From an uncultured Planctomycetales bacterium (GTDB lineage Bacteria; Omnitrophota; Gorgyraeia; Zapsychrales; JANLHA01): a stretch of 64,000 nt of DNA. How positions within the stretch are numbered: the first letter of the stretch is position 1; the number at the start of each line of letters is the position of its first letter. Shown here piece after piece: positions 43,808 to 53,442 of the stretch. The DNA lies in contig CAYVEC010000010.1 of the NCBI GenBank assembly GCA_964450385.1, positions 1,722 through 65,721 of the forward strand, read 5' to 3'. Made by a program: the position numbers and the translations under genes. The notes beneath the pieces were generated by a model. It saw only the letters and a program-made list of their open reading frames with translations, made no database searches and had not been told where the DNA came from.

Positions 43808-44512
43808 ATGCAGAAACGAGATAAGCTTTACGAGGGGAAGGCCAAGATCATTTATGCGACCGATGATCCGACGCTCGTGATCCAATATTTTAAGGATGAT
43901 GCAACGGCGTTTAACGCTAAGAAAAAGGGGACGATCGTGGATAAAGGGATCGTCAACAATTCGATCTCATCCAAGCTCTTTGAATATCTTGGCGCGAATG
44001 GGATCCCGACGCATTTTGTGAAAAAACTGAGCGACCGCGAGATGCTTGTGAAAAAGGTCAAGATCGTGCCGCTCGAGGTGATCGTGCGGAATGTCGCGGC
44101 CGGGACCTTGTGCCGTCTTCTTGGGATCGAAGAAGGCCGCGCCCTTGCGTGCCCGACGTTCGAGTTCTGTTATAAAGAAGACCGGCTGAATGATCCCTTG
44201 ATCAATGAGTCGCACGTGCTGGCGCTCGAGATCGCGACTCAGCACGACGTCGATACCATCAAGGCGATGACGCTGAAGGTCAACGAGTTGCTACGGAGTT
44301 TTTTCAAGGCCCTGAACGTCAATCTGATTGACTTTAAATTGGAGTTCGGGCGTTTTGGCAAGGATATTATTTTGGCTGATGAGATATCTCCCGATACCTG
44401 CCGCCTCTGGGAAATGGGGACGAATCGCAAGATGGACAAGGACCGTTTCCGTCAGGATTTAGGTCAGATCGAAGAGGCTTATCAGGAAATCATGGCAAAA
44501 GTAATCGGTTAG
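43808..44512 (+). CDS. purC: phosphoribosylaminoimidazole-succinocarboxamide synthase
   Basis: 234 aa. LYEGKAKIIY, LIDFKLEFG. Confidence 0.95.
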   Translation: MQKRDKLYEGKAKIIYATDDPTLVIQYFKDDATAFNAKKKGTIVDKGIVNNSISSKLFEYLGANGIPTHFVKKLSDREMLVKKVKIVPLEVIVRNVAAGTLCRLLGIEEGRALACPTFEFCYKEDRLNDPLINESHVLALEIATQHDVDTIKAMTLKVNELLRSFFKALNVNLIDFKLEFGRFGKDIILADEISPDTCRLWEMGTNRKMDKDRFRQDLGQIEEAYQEIMAKVIG

Positions 44513-44606
44513 CACCTCCGTAGGGGTCCGGGCGCGCTGGCAGGGATCATAGGGGTCTCGGTGTTCCTTCTGCCCGGTCTCAGGTGTCGAGTGCACACGA
44601 AAAATT

Positions 44607-47519
44607 ATGTTTTGGCGCATTGAGGTTCGAGAAAAATCCAATTCGTTCGATGCCTTGGGTGAGAGCATCCATAAGGGGATTTTGGATCTCCGGTTGACGT
44701 CTGTTGACCAGGTCCGAGTGGTCCATGTCTATGTCTTAGAGGGCGATATCGTGGCCTCTGAGGTCGAGCGAATTGCTCGGGAGCTCTTGACCGATCCCAT
44801 TTCCCAGGAATTTGTCTCGCGTGAAGGCCAGGCCCCGGCCCGTGCCGATGGAAAAACCGGGTATGATATTATCGAGATCGCGTTTAACCGCGGGGTCATG
44901 GACCCGGTCGAGGGGTCGACCCTTAAGGGGATCGCGGACCTCGGGATCCGTTCGGTCCGCTCGGTCCATACTGCGCGTCAGTATCACGTCTTTGGGCGTC
45001 TCTCCGCAGCGGAACGTCAGCTCATTATTGATAAAGTCCTATCGAACAAATTGATCCAGCATGAGGTCAATCCGACGAGTACGACCTATCAGCCGCGCCC
45101 GGCCGCCGTGGTCAAGCCCGAGGTGCGGGTGGTGTCGGTTGACATCCTCCAGGCCGATGATGCGGCCTTGTTGGAATTGAGCCGAAAGGGGCAGCTCTTT
45201 TTGAATCTTAACGAGATGCGCGCGATCCAAGCGCATTTTCGCGGCCTTGGCCGCAATCCCACGGATTGCGAGCTTGAGACAGTTGCCCAGACGTGGAGCG
45301 AGCACTGCAATCACAAGACCTTTCGGGGAAAGATCCGTTATGAGGAGGTCGGGGACGGCGGGCGGGAGGTCGAGGAGATCGACAGCCTGTTTAAGTCGAC
45401 GATCGCGAAGGCGACCCATGATTTGAACCGCCCCTGGTGTGTCTCGGTCTTCCATGATAACGCCGGGATCATCGAGTTTGACGACGAGCATGATGTCTGT
45501 TTTAAGGTCGAGACGCATAATCATCCCTCGGCCCTGGAACCCTTCGGCGGCGCGAATACCGGCATCGGTGGGGTGCTGCGCGATACGATGGGGACCGGGC
45601 TCGGTGCCAAACCGATCTGTAATACGGATGTTTTTTGTTTCGCCCCGCCGGATTTTCCTCATGAAGAGCTTCCTCCCGGGACGCTTCACCCCAAACGGGT
45701 CATGAAAGGCGTCGTTTCCGGGGTCCGTGATTATGGCAATAAGATGGGGATCCCGACGGTGAATGGGGCGATCCTGTTCGATGAACGTTTTGTCGGGAAT
45801 CCCTTGGTCTATTGTGGGAACATCGGGATCATTCCGCGAGGCAAGGAGAAGAAAAAGGTCGGCCGTGGCGAAAAGATCGTGGCGGTCGGAGGACGGACGG
45901 GGCGGGATGGGATCCATGGGGCCACGTTTTCATCGGGGGAGCTGACGACAGCGTCGGAACAGGAATCGTCCGGGGCCGTTCAGATTGGAGACCCGATCCA
46001 AGAAAAAAAGGTTCTCGATGTTCAGCTTCAGGCCCGGGATGCGGGGCTGTATACCGCGGTGACTGACTGCGGGGCCGGCGGATTTTCGAGCGCGGTGGGT
46101 GAGATGGGCGCGGAATTGGGCGCGCGCGTTGATTTGGATCGGGCGCCGCTCAAGTATCACGGCCTCTCGTATATGGAGATCTGGATCTCGGAATCGCAGG
46201 AGCGCATGGTCTTTTCAGTCCGGCCGGAGCGTGTCGAGGCTTTTTTGTCTCTCTGTGCCAAGGAGAACGTCGAGGCGGTTGTGATCGGGGAATTTACCGG
46301 CACCGGACGGCTCGAACTGTTCTTTCATGATGTGAAGGTCTGCGATCTGGACATGGCATTTTTGCACGACGGGCTCCCGAAGATCACAAAACAGGCGACA
46401 TGGGTTCAGCCGAAAATTCAGGAAGCTCGACCCGATTGTCCCAAGGGGAAAGACCTCACGCCGGCGCTGGTACGGGCGGTGTCGCATTATAACGTCTGTT
46501 CGAAAGAGTGGGTTGTCCGGCAATATGATCATGAGGTGCAGGGCGGGAGCGTGGTGAAACCGTTTGTTGGGGTCCATTGCGACGGCCCGTCGGACGCCGC
46601 TGTGATCGCACCGAAGATGCGTTCGTCGAAAGGGTTTGCCGTCTCGAACGGGATCAATGTTCGCTACGGGATGATCGATCCTTTTTGGATGGCGGCCGGA
46701 TGCGTTGATGAGGCCGTCCGGCAGATCGTGGCCGTGGGAGGCAATCCCTCGAGGATCGCCTTGTTAGATAATTTCTGTTGGGGAAATCCTGACAAACCTG
46801 ATCGTCTTGGCGGCCTGGTCCGCTGCGCCAAGGGATGCTACGAGGCGGCGGTCGCGTATGGGGCGCCGTTCATTTCCGGGAAGGACAGTCTTTATAATGA
46901 ATATGCCGACGGGCAGGAATCGATCGCGATCCCCGGGACGATCCTGATCTCGGCCATCGGGATCATGGAGGATGTTGAGAAGAGTGTCACAATGGATCTC
47001 AAGCGGGCCGGAGACCTTATTTATGTTGTTGGGATGACCCGCGATGAGCTTGGGGGTTCGATCTATTATGATCAGGCGGGGCTGTTAGGGTCCGATGTCC
47101 CGCGTGTTGATTTTGCACAGGGCCGGAAGATTTTTACGGCCTTATTTCAGGCGGTCCAGGGCGGACTTGTTGCCGCGATGCATGATTGTGCCGACGGAGG
47201 CCTCGGCGTAGCGATTGCGGAGATGGCGTTCAGCGGGATGCTCGGCGCCACGCTGCGGTTGGCGGATGTGCCGTTTGAGGGGCGGGAGCGTCGGAATGAT
47301 GTGCTTCTTTTTTCTGAATCGCATTCACGTTTTCTTGTGGAGGTCGCGCCCTCGCACCGCACGGCCTTTGAGCGGCTCGTGTCCGGGGTGCCGTGGGCAG
47401 CTATTGGTGAGGTCTCGGCGACAGGAAAGGTTGTGGTTCAGGGGTGTCATGGAGAGACATGCGTTTCTGTCCCGGCGCAGGATCTGAAAAAGGCATGGCA
47501 GGCGCCGCTAAATTGGTAA
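44607..47519 (+). CDS. purL: phosphoribosylformylglycinamidine synthase, PurS-PurS-PurL fusion
   Basis: 970 aa. Two N-terminal PurS-like beta-alpha-beta modules (aa ~1-75 and ~85-160), then the small-PurL core (LETVAQTWSEHCNHK, GGANTGIGG, two AIRS domains). Confidence 0.9.
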   Translation: MFWRIEVREKSNSFDALGESIHKGILDLRLTSVDQVRVVHVYVLEGDIVASEVERIARELLTDPISQEFVSREGQAPARADGKTGYDIIEIAFNRGVMDPVEGSTLKGIADLGIRSVRSVHTARQYHVFGRLSAAERQLIIDKVLSNKLIQHEVNPTSTTYQPRPAAVVKPEVRVVSVDILQADDAALLELSRKGQLFLNLNEMRAIQAHFRGLGRNPTDCELETVAQTWSEHCNHKTFRGKIRYEEVGDGGREVEEIDSLFKSTIAKATHDLNRPWCVSVFHDNAGIIEFDDEHDVCFKVETHNHPSALEPFGGANTGIGGVLRDTMGTGLGAKPICNTDVFCFAPPDFPHEELPPGTLHPKRVMKGVVSGVRDYGNKMGIPTVNGAILFDERFVGNPLVYCGNIGIIPRGKEKKKVGRGEKIVAVGGRTGRDGIHGATFSSGELTTASEQESSGAVQIGDPIQEKKVLDVQLQARDAGLYTAVTDCGAGGFSSAVGEMGAELGARVDLDRAPLKYHGLSYMEIWISESQERMVFSVRPERVEAFLSLCAKENVEAVVIGEFTGTGRLELFFHDVKVCDLDMAFLHDGLPKITKQATWVQPKIQEARPDCPKGKDLTPALVRAVSHYNVCSKEWVVRQYDHEVQGGSVVKPFVGVHCDGPSDAAVIAPKMRSSKGFAVSNGINVRYGMIDPFWMAAGCVDEAVRQIVAVGGNPSRIALLDNFCWGNPDKPDRLGGLVRCAKGCYEAAVAYGAPFISGKDSLYNEYADGQESIAIPGTILISAIGIMEDVEKSVTMDLKRAGDLIYVVGMTRDELGGSIYYDQAGLLGSDVPRVDFAQGRKIFTALFQAVQGGLVAAMHDCADGGLGVAIAEMAFSGMLGATLRLADVPFEGRERRNDVLLFSESHSRFLVEVAPSHRTAFERLVSGVPWAAIGEVSATGKVVVQGCHGETCVSVPAQDLKKAWQAPLNW

Positions 47520-47540
47520 ACCTCAAGACAGGGGGGCCGG

Positions 47541-48209
47541 ATGGTCAATTCACAGAAGCATATCGCTGATCAATTGAAGTTCGAAGATCCGTGGCGGGTC
47601 TTCCGAATCATGGCGGAATTTGTGAGCGGATTCGATCAGTTCGCGGAGATCACCCAGGCGGTCACGATCTTCGGTTCGGCCCGGACCAGCCCTGATGACG
47701 AGATGTATCGACGGACCGAGGAGACGGCGCGGTTGTTCGTTCAGGAGGGGTACGCGGTCATCACCGGCGGAGGACCTGGGATCATGGAGGCAGGGAACAA
47801 AGGCGCCAAGGAGGCCGGCGGCAAATCCGTGGGGCTCAACATCGATCTGCCTTTTGAACAGAAGCCGAATCCGTATATTACGACCCTGGTGAATTTTCAT
47901 TATTTTTTTATTCGCAAGGTGATGTTCCTTAAATATGCCAAGGCCTTTGTGGTCTTCCCGGGAGGGTTCGGGACGCTCGACGAGCTCTTTGAGTGTATCA
48001 CCCTGGTCCAGACCCGTCGGGTGGAGTCGTGCCCGATTGTGCTCGTTGGCAGTGATTTTTGGAATGGTCTTGTGGACTGGATCCGCGCGCGCGTCTTGGC
48101 CGGGGGAAAGATCTCAGAAAAGGACATGGAGTTGTTCCACGTCGTTGACCGGCCGGAGGACGTGGTCGCGATCGTGAACACGTTTTATTCATTGAGGAAT
48201 GGACGATAA
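47541..48209 (+). CDS. LOG-family (TIGR00730) nucleotide 5'-monophosphate phosphoribohydrolase
   Basis: VTIFGSAR, GGGPGIMEA, PGGFGTLDELFE motifs. Confidence 0.85.
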   Translation: MVNSQKHIADQLKFEDPWRVFRIMAEFVSGFDQFAEITQAVTIFGSARTSPDDEMYRRTEETARLFVQEGYAVITGGGPGIMEAGNKGAKEAGGKSVGLNIDLPFEQKPNPYITTLVNFHYFFIRKVMFLKYAKAFVVFPGGFGTLDELFECITLVQTRRVESCPIVLVGSDFWNGLVDWIRARVLAGGKISEKDMELFHVVDRPEDVVAIVNTFYSLRNGR

Positions 48210-48211
48210 AC

Positions 48212-49021
48212 ATGGGCAAGCGGGTTCGCGTCTTGGTCTTGAGGACCGCGGGGACGAATTGTGATCAGGAGACCGGAGAGGCCTTTCGGTATTTCGGGGC
48301 TGCGCCGGACTATGTCCACGTCAACCGCCTCGTGACCGGCGAGGTGTCCCTCGACGCGTATCAGATCTTGGCGATCCCCGGAGGGTTTACCTATGGGGAT
48401 GATATTATCTCCGGACGGATCTTGGCTAATGAATTGCGTCTTCGGCTCGGCGATGCCCTGAGCCGGTTTATTCGCGAGGGGAAACTTGTGATCGGGATCT
48501 GCAACGGATTTCAGGTGCTGGTTCGTGCCGGGATCCTGCCGGGCGAGACCCGTGAGGGGGCTGTGTGGGGCCCCACGACCCCGCAGACGGCGACGCTCAC
48601 ATATAATGACTCTGCGAAATTCGAGGATCGATGGACCCATCTGAAGGTGACCGGCAGGTCCATCTGGACCAAAGGATTGGATGCGGTCCTTTATATTCCT
48701 GTCGCCCATGCCGAGGGGAAATTTTTGACGGATCCAGCGACCTTGAAAGGGTTGCGCGAGAAGGGTCAGATCGCTTTTTGTTATTGCACTGCCGAGGGAG
48801 AGGCTCCGGCCTATCCGGAGAATCCGAACGGCTCGATTGAGCATATCGCGGGTATTACGGACGCGACCGGCCGGATTTTGGGGATGATGCCGCACCCGGA
48901 ACGGCATTTCCTGAGCCGTCAGCATCCGTCCTGGACCCGCCTGCCCCGACGGGGGGGGCTCGGCGATGGGGCACAAGTTTTTTTGAACGGCGTTGAATAT
49001 GTCCAGAACAACATCCTTTAG
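48212..49021 (+). CDS. purQ: phosphoribosylformylglycinamidine synthase I (glutaminase subunit)
   Basis: 269 aa. Class I glutamine amidotransferase GICNGFQVL, MPHPER. Confidence 0.9.
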   Translation: MGKRVRVLVLRTAGTNCDQETGEAFRYFGAAPDYVHVNRLVTGEVSLDAYQILAIPGGFTYGDDIISGRILANELRLRLGDALSRFIREGKLVIGICNGFQVLVRAGILPGETREGAVWGPTTPQTATLTYNDSAKFEDRWTHLKVTGRSIWTKGLDAVLYIPVAHAEGKFLTDPATLKGLREKGQIAFCYCTAEGEAPAYPENPNGSIEHIAGITDATGRILGMMPHPERHFLSRQHPSWTRLPRRGGLGDGAQVFLNGVEYVQNNIL

Positions 49022-49033
49022 ACGGAGACGGGC

Positions 49034-50038
49034 ATGAAAAAGCTCACCTATAAATTAAGCGGGGTCGATGTCGATGCGGGGAATCATTTTGTGCGTGCGA
49101 TCCAGCCGATCGTCAAAGGGACGTTTTCTCCCGAGGTCATGACAACGTCTGGCGGGTTCGGAGGCCTCTTTGCCTTGGGGCAGAAACAGATGACGGACCC
49201 GGTCCTTGTTTCGTCGACGGACGGTGTCGGGACGAAGCTTCTGATCGCCCAGGCCGCCGGAATCCATGACACGGTTGGGATCGATCTTGTGGCCATGAAT
49301 GTGAATGATATTTTATGCATCGGGGCGCGGCCGTTGTTTTTTCTTGATTATATCGCCTGCGGGAAGCTTCATGAAAAGGTCCTGGTTGAGGTCATGAAGG
49401 GGATCGCCCGCGGCTGCCGCCAGGCCGGATGCAGCCTTATTGGCGGTGAGACGGCCGAGATGCCGGACATGTACAAGAAGGATGAATATGACCTTGCCGG
49501 ATTTACCGTCGGGGTGGTGGAGCGGGCCAAGATGGTCACGGGCGCTGGGATCCGCGAAGGCGATGTTGTCCTTGGCCTGCCGTCGAGCGGGATCCATTCG
49601 AACGGATACAGCCTCGTGCGGAAGGCCTTGTCGCGCGCCCAGCAGCGTGAACGGATCACGACCCTGTTGACGCCGACCCGTATTTATGTGAAGGATGTTC
49701 TGCCGGTTCTTGAGCGGTGCGCGGTGAAGGGGATCGCGCATATTACGGGCGGCGCTTTTTATGAGAAGATGACAAAGATCCTTCCGAAGGGATTGTGTTT
49801 TGAGATCCGTAAAAAGAGCTGGCCTGTCTTAAAGATCTTTCAAGAGATCCAGGCCTTCGGCGGGGTGCCTGAGCATGACATGTATAAGACGTTTAACATG
49901 GGGATCGGGATGATCCTCGTGGCCTCGGCGGACGATGCCGCGCGGATCCGCGAGGTCTGGAAGGCAAGACGGGTGCGGCACTATGTCATCGGTCGCGTTG
50001 TCGCAGACACACGGCATCGGGTTGTGTTTGTTGAATAA
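49034..50038 (+). CDS. purM: phosphoribosylformylglycinamidine cyclo-ligase (AIR synthetase)
   Basis: 334 aa. GGFGGLFAL, DLVAMNVNDIL. Confidence 0.95.
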   Translation: MKKLTYKLSGVDVDAGNHFVRAIQPIVKGTFSPEVMTTSGGFGGLFALGQKQMTDPVLVSSTDGVGTKLLIAQAAGIHDTVGIDLVAMNVNDILCIGARPLFFLDYIACGKLHEKVLVEVMKGIARGCRQAGCSLIGGETAEMPDMYKKDEYDLAGFTVGVVERAKMVTGAGIREGDVVLGLPSSGIHSNGYSLVRKALSRAQQRERITTLLTPTRIYVKDVLPVLERCAVKGIAHITGGAFYEKMTKILPKGLCFEIRKKSWPVLKIFQEIQAFGGVPEHDMYKTFNMGIGMILVASADDAARIREVWKARRVRHYVIGRVVADTRHRVVFVE

Positions 50039-50052
50039 TGAAGGAGAGCAGG

Positions 50053-51336
50053 ATGAGGGTTCTCATTATTGGATCCGGTGGTCGGGAACATGCCTTGGCA
50101 TGGAAGCTCTCGCAGAGCCCTCGATTGACAGAGCTGTATTGCGCGCCGGGGAACGGCGGGATGGCGGGGATCGCTGAGTGTGTGCCGATCAAGGCGGATG
50201 ATATTGCCGCGTTGCTTGCTTTTGCGAAGGAACGGAAGATCGATCTTACTGTGGTCGGGCCTGAGGCGCCTCTTGTGGCCGGGATCGTTGATATCTTTGA
50301 GGAGGCGGGGCTTATGATCTTTGGCCCCAACAGGGCGGCGGCCCAGCTTGAAGGGAGTAAGGTTTTTGCCAAAGAATTCATGCATCGTAACGGGATCCCG
50401 ACGGCATCGTTCATGTCATTTGACACGATTGATGAGGCGCGGGATTTTCTTCAGACCACGCAGTTCCCGCTTGTGATCAAGGCCGACGGTCTTGCCGGGG
50501 GCAAGGGGGTGTTTGTTTGTTTCAGTCTTGATGAGGCCGCGCATGGATTGAATGAGATCGAACAGCATATGCGTGAGGCCGGCCGCCGGATCATTATTGA
50601 AGAATGCCTTCAGGGTGAAGAGGCGTCGATCCTTGCGATTTCGGATGGTGAACGCTACGTTGTCCTCGAGAGTTCTCAAGACCATAAGCGGATTTTTGAC
50701 GATGATTTGGGGCCGAATACCGGCGGGATGGGGGCGTATTCGCCGGCGCCGGTCGTGAATGACCTGATGCTCGCGAAGATCGAATCGCAGGTGATCGAAC
50801 CGACGATCCGGGGGATGTTTTTAGAAAAGATGCCGTTTAAAGGGGTGCTTTATGCGGGCCTGATGATGACGGATGAGGGGCCGTTTGTGCTAGAGTACAA
50901 TGTCCGTTTCGGAGATCCTGAGACGCAGGTCGTGTTGCCGCGACTCAAAAACGACCTTCTTGAGGTTCTCGTCGCGGCGTGCCAGGGACGGATCGGCACG
51001 GTGGACCTGGAATGGGATCCCCGGTCCTGTGTCTCGGTCGTGATGACCGCGGGCGGGTATCCCGGCCGATATGAGACCGGGGCGGAGATCAGTGGGTTGG
51101 GTGCGGTCCGCGGCTCCGACGGGGAAATGGTCTTTCACGCGGGGACGCTCCGAAAGGGGGATGCGATCCTGACCGCCGGCGGGCGGGTGCTGAATATCAC
51201 AGCCTTGGGTGATGGCATCGAAGAGGCCATCCAGCGCGCTTATGGGCTTGTCGAACGGATCTCGTTTGATCATTGTTTTTTCCGGCGGGATATTGGGGCC
51301 AAGGCGGTACGGCGGTTGCATAATGAGGCGCGGTAG
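50053..51336 (+). CDS. purD: phosphoribosylamine--glycine ligase
   Basis: [21 protein letters not shown]-grasp. ATG at 50053 after GAAGGAGAGCAGG. The track ORF starts at 50038. Confidence 0.95.
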   Translation: MRVLIIGSGGREHALAWKLSQSPRLTELYCAPGNGGMAGIAECVPIKADDIAALLAFAKERKIDLTVVGPEAPLVAGIVDIFEEAGLMIFGPNRAAAQLEGSKVFAKEFMHRNGIPTASFMSFDTIDEARDFLQTTQFPLVIKADGLAGGKGVFVCFSLDEAAHGLNEIEQHMREAGRRIIIEECLQGEEASILAISDGERYVVLESSQDHKRIFDDDLGPNTGGMGAYSPAPVVNDLMLAKIESQVIEPTIRGMFLEKMPFKGVLYAGLMMTDEGPFVLEYNVRFGDPETQVVLPRLKNDLLEVLVAACQGRIGTVDLEWDPRSCVSVVMTAGGYPGRYETGAEISGLGAVRGSDGEMVFHAGTLRKGDAILTAGGRVLNITALGDGIEEAIQRAYGLVERISFDHCFFRRDIGAKAVRRLHNEAR

Positions 51337-51353
51337 CACACCAGGAGGGTGAG

Positions 51354-51833
51354 ATGGGAACGACACGTGTAGCGATCATGATGGGGAGTGCATCGGACAT
51401 GCCGACGATGCAGGCGGCGGCGGATGTCTTGAAACAATTCGGCCTTGACGCGGAGGTCAAGGTCTTATCGGCCCACCGGACGCCGAAGGAAACCGCAGCC
51501 TATGCCGAGGGGCTCCGGGAACGCGGGATCGCGGTTGTGATCTGCGGGGCCGGGATGTCGGCGGCCTTGGCGGGTGTCGTTGCTGCGCATACGACGCTCC
51601 CGGTGATCGGCGTTCCGTTAAACGCCTCGGAGCTCAACGGGATGGATGCCCTGCTTTCGACGGTGCAGATGCCGCCCGGGGTTCCGGTGGCATCGGTGGC
51701 GATCGGGAAGCCTGGGGCGAAGAATGCGGCCTTTTTGGCCTTGCGGATATTGGCGGTCCATGACGCGGTGATCGAGAAAAAGCTGCTCGCCTACCGCGAA
51801 GAGGAGCGGGGTAAGATTTTGGGGAATGGATGA
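51354..51833 (+). CDS. purE: N5-carboxyaminoimidazole ribonucleotide mutase
   Basis: 159 aa. [16 protein letters not shown]. Confidence 0.95.
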   Translation: MGTTRVAIMMGSASDMPTMQAAADVLKQFGLDAEVKVLSAHRTPKETAAYAEGLRERGIAVVICGAGMSAALAGVVAAHTTLPVIGVPLNASELNGMDALLSTVQMPPGVPVASVAIGKPGAKNAAFLALRILAVHDAVIEKKLLAYREEERGKILGNG

Positions 51834-51894
51834 TCCCTGTATTGAGCGCGCAGGCGCGGATATCGGTCATGCGGTGGCCCGAGACGTCGTGACT

Positions 51895-52956
51895 ATGAAG
51901 ACAAAAATCGTTAAAGTCCATGTGGATTTTCCAGAGCGGGCGGCGGTCATTCAGGCGGCCGAGGTTTTACGCCAAGGCGGTTTGGTGGTTTTCCCAACGG
52001 AAACTGTCTATGGTATCGCGGCTGATGCCGCGAATCCAGACGCCCTTGCTCGTCTGAGGCAGGTCAAACGGCGGGCTGAGACCAAGCCGTTCTCGGTCAT
52101 GATCGACCGGAAGGAACGGTTCATCGCGTATACCCCCTATGGTCGAACCGACGTTTATAAGGTGATCGACGCGTACTGGCCGGGTCCGGTGACGGTTGTT
52201 GTGCCGTCCATGGTACCGGGGCAGACGATCGGTATCCGGATCCCGGATCATCGGGCCGCCTTGATGTTGTTAGAGGAATTCGGAGGTCCAGTCGCGGCCC
52301 CGTCAGCGAATATTGAGGGGCGAACGCCGCCGCGGTCTTGTGAGGAAGCGCTGCGGGATCTCGACGGGCTTGTGGATATGGCGATCGATGCTGGTCCGGT
52401 CCGGGAGGGGGCGGCCTCGTCGATTGTTGATTTTACGTTGGGGAAGCCGGTGATGTTGCGAGAGGGCGGGGTCTCGCTTGATGCTATTGAGGCTGTCGCC
52501 TCGAAAAGGACCGTTCTTATGGTCTGCACGGGGAACAGCTGTCGTTCGGTGATGGCCGAATATCTGTTGCGTCATAAGACCGGGGACCGGCCGGATGTCG
52601 AGGTGATCTCGGCTGGGACGAGCGTCTTTGTCACGGCACCGGCGAGCTCCGGGGCCGTCGAGGTCCTGAGACGGCGCGGGATCGATGCCTCGCGGCACCG
52701 TTCTCAGCCGTTATCGCCGGTCGTAGTACGAAAGGCCGATTTGATTTTGGTCATGACCGGGGCGCATCGCGATGCAGTTCTGCGCAGTGCCCCAGAGGTT
52801 CAGCCGCGGGTCTATTTATTGCGGGAGTTCATTGAGGAAAAACCCCAAGGGGTGACCTCGGACATCTCGGACCCGATCGGCCAGGATCGTTTGGCCTATG
52901 AAGAGTGCGCGCAGATCATTGAGCAGGCGGTCGATAAGGTGAAGACGTTACTTTAG
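51895..52956 (+). CDS. fusion of a threonylcarbamoyl-AMP synthase (TsaC/YrdC/YwlC-like) and a low-molecular-weight protein (Tyr/Arg) phosphatase (YwlE-like)
   Basis: N-terminal YrdC domain (GGLVVFPTETVYGIAADA, KRRAETKPFSVMI). C-terminal LMW-PTP (LMVCTGNSCRSVMAEYL P-loop CX5R, DP motif DISDPIG). ATG at 51895. Confidence 0.8.
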   Translation: MKTKIVKVHVDFPERAAVIQAAEVLRQGGLVVFPTETVYGIAADAANPDALARLRQVKRRAETKPFSVMIDRKERFIAYTPYGRTDVYKVIDAYWPGPVTVVVPSMVPGQTIGIRIPDHRAALMLLEEFGGPVAAPSANIEGRTPPRSCEEALRDLDGLVDMAIDAGPVREGAASSIVDFTLGKPVMLREGGVSLDAIEAVASKRTVLMVCTGNSCRSVMAEYLLRHKTGDRPDVEVISAGTSVFVTAPASSGAVEVLRRRGIDASRHRSQPLSPVVVRKADLILVMTGAHRDAVLRSAPEVQPRVYLLREFIEEKPQGVTSDISDPIGQDRLAYEECAQIIEQAVDKVKTLL

Positions 52957-52974
52957 AACCGTGAAGGAGTTGAT

Positions 52975-53433
52975 GTGAAAATTTTTATCGGAGCGGATCA
53001 CCGCGGGGTCGTTTTAAAGGAACGCATTAAGGAGTTGATTGTTGGTCTGGGGCATACCGTCACAGATGTTGGGACAGCGAGCGAGCGGCCGTGTGATTAT
53101 CCGGCGATCGCGTACCGCGTCGCGCGCGCGGTGGCGGCACACCGCAACAGCCGTGGGATCCTCCTGTGCATGAGCGGGATCGGGGTCAGTATCGTCGCGA
53201 ATAAAGTGCCTGGGGCCTATGCGGCCCTGTGTTACAATAAGGAAGTCGCGTTATTATCGCGGCAGCATAATAATGCGAATATCATGGTGCTCGGGTCGAA
53301 ATTCGTGAGCCCTGAGGAGATGGCTGAGATGATCCCGGCCTGGTTGGCTGAGGGGTTTGAGGGCGGCCGGCATGAGCGGCGGGTTCGTCAGATCAAAAGG
53401 ATCGAGCAGCAGCTGCGTCAACGCGAGGGATAG
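52975..53433 (+). CDS. rpiB: ribose-5-phosphate isomerase B
   Basis: 152 aa. MKIFIGADHRG, LLCMSGIGVSIVANK. Confidence 0.9.
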   Translation: MKIFIGADHRGVVLKERIKELIVGLGHTVTDVGTASERPCDYPAIAYRVARAVAAHRNSRGILLCMSGIGVSIVANKVPGAYAALCYNKEVALLSRQHNNANIMVLGSKFVSPEEMAEMIPAWLAEGFEGGRHERRVRQIKRIEQQLRQREG

Positions 53434-53442
53434 GAGAGAATA

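Noticed and set aside
45039-45917. 292-aa minus-strand ORF inside purL
   Set aside because: Antisense to a well-supported conserved gene, with Arg/Pro-rich low-complexity translation.
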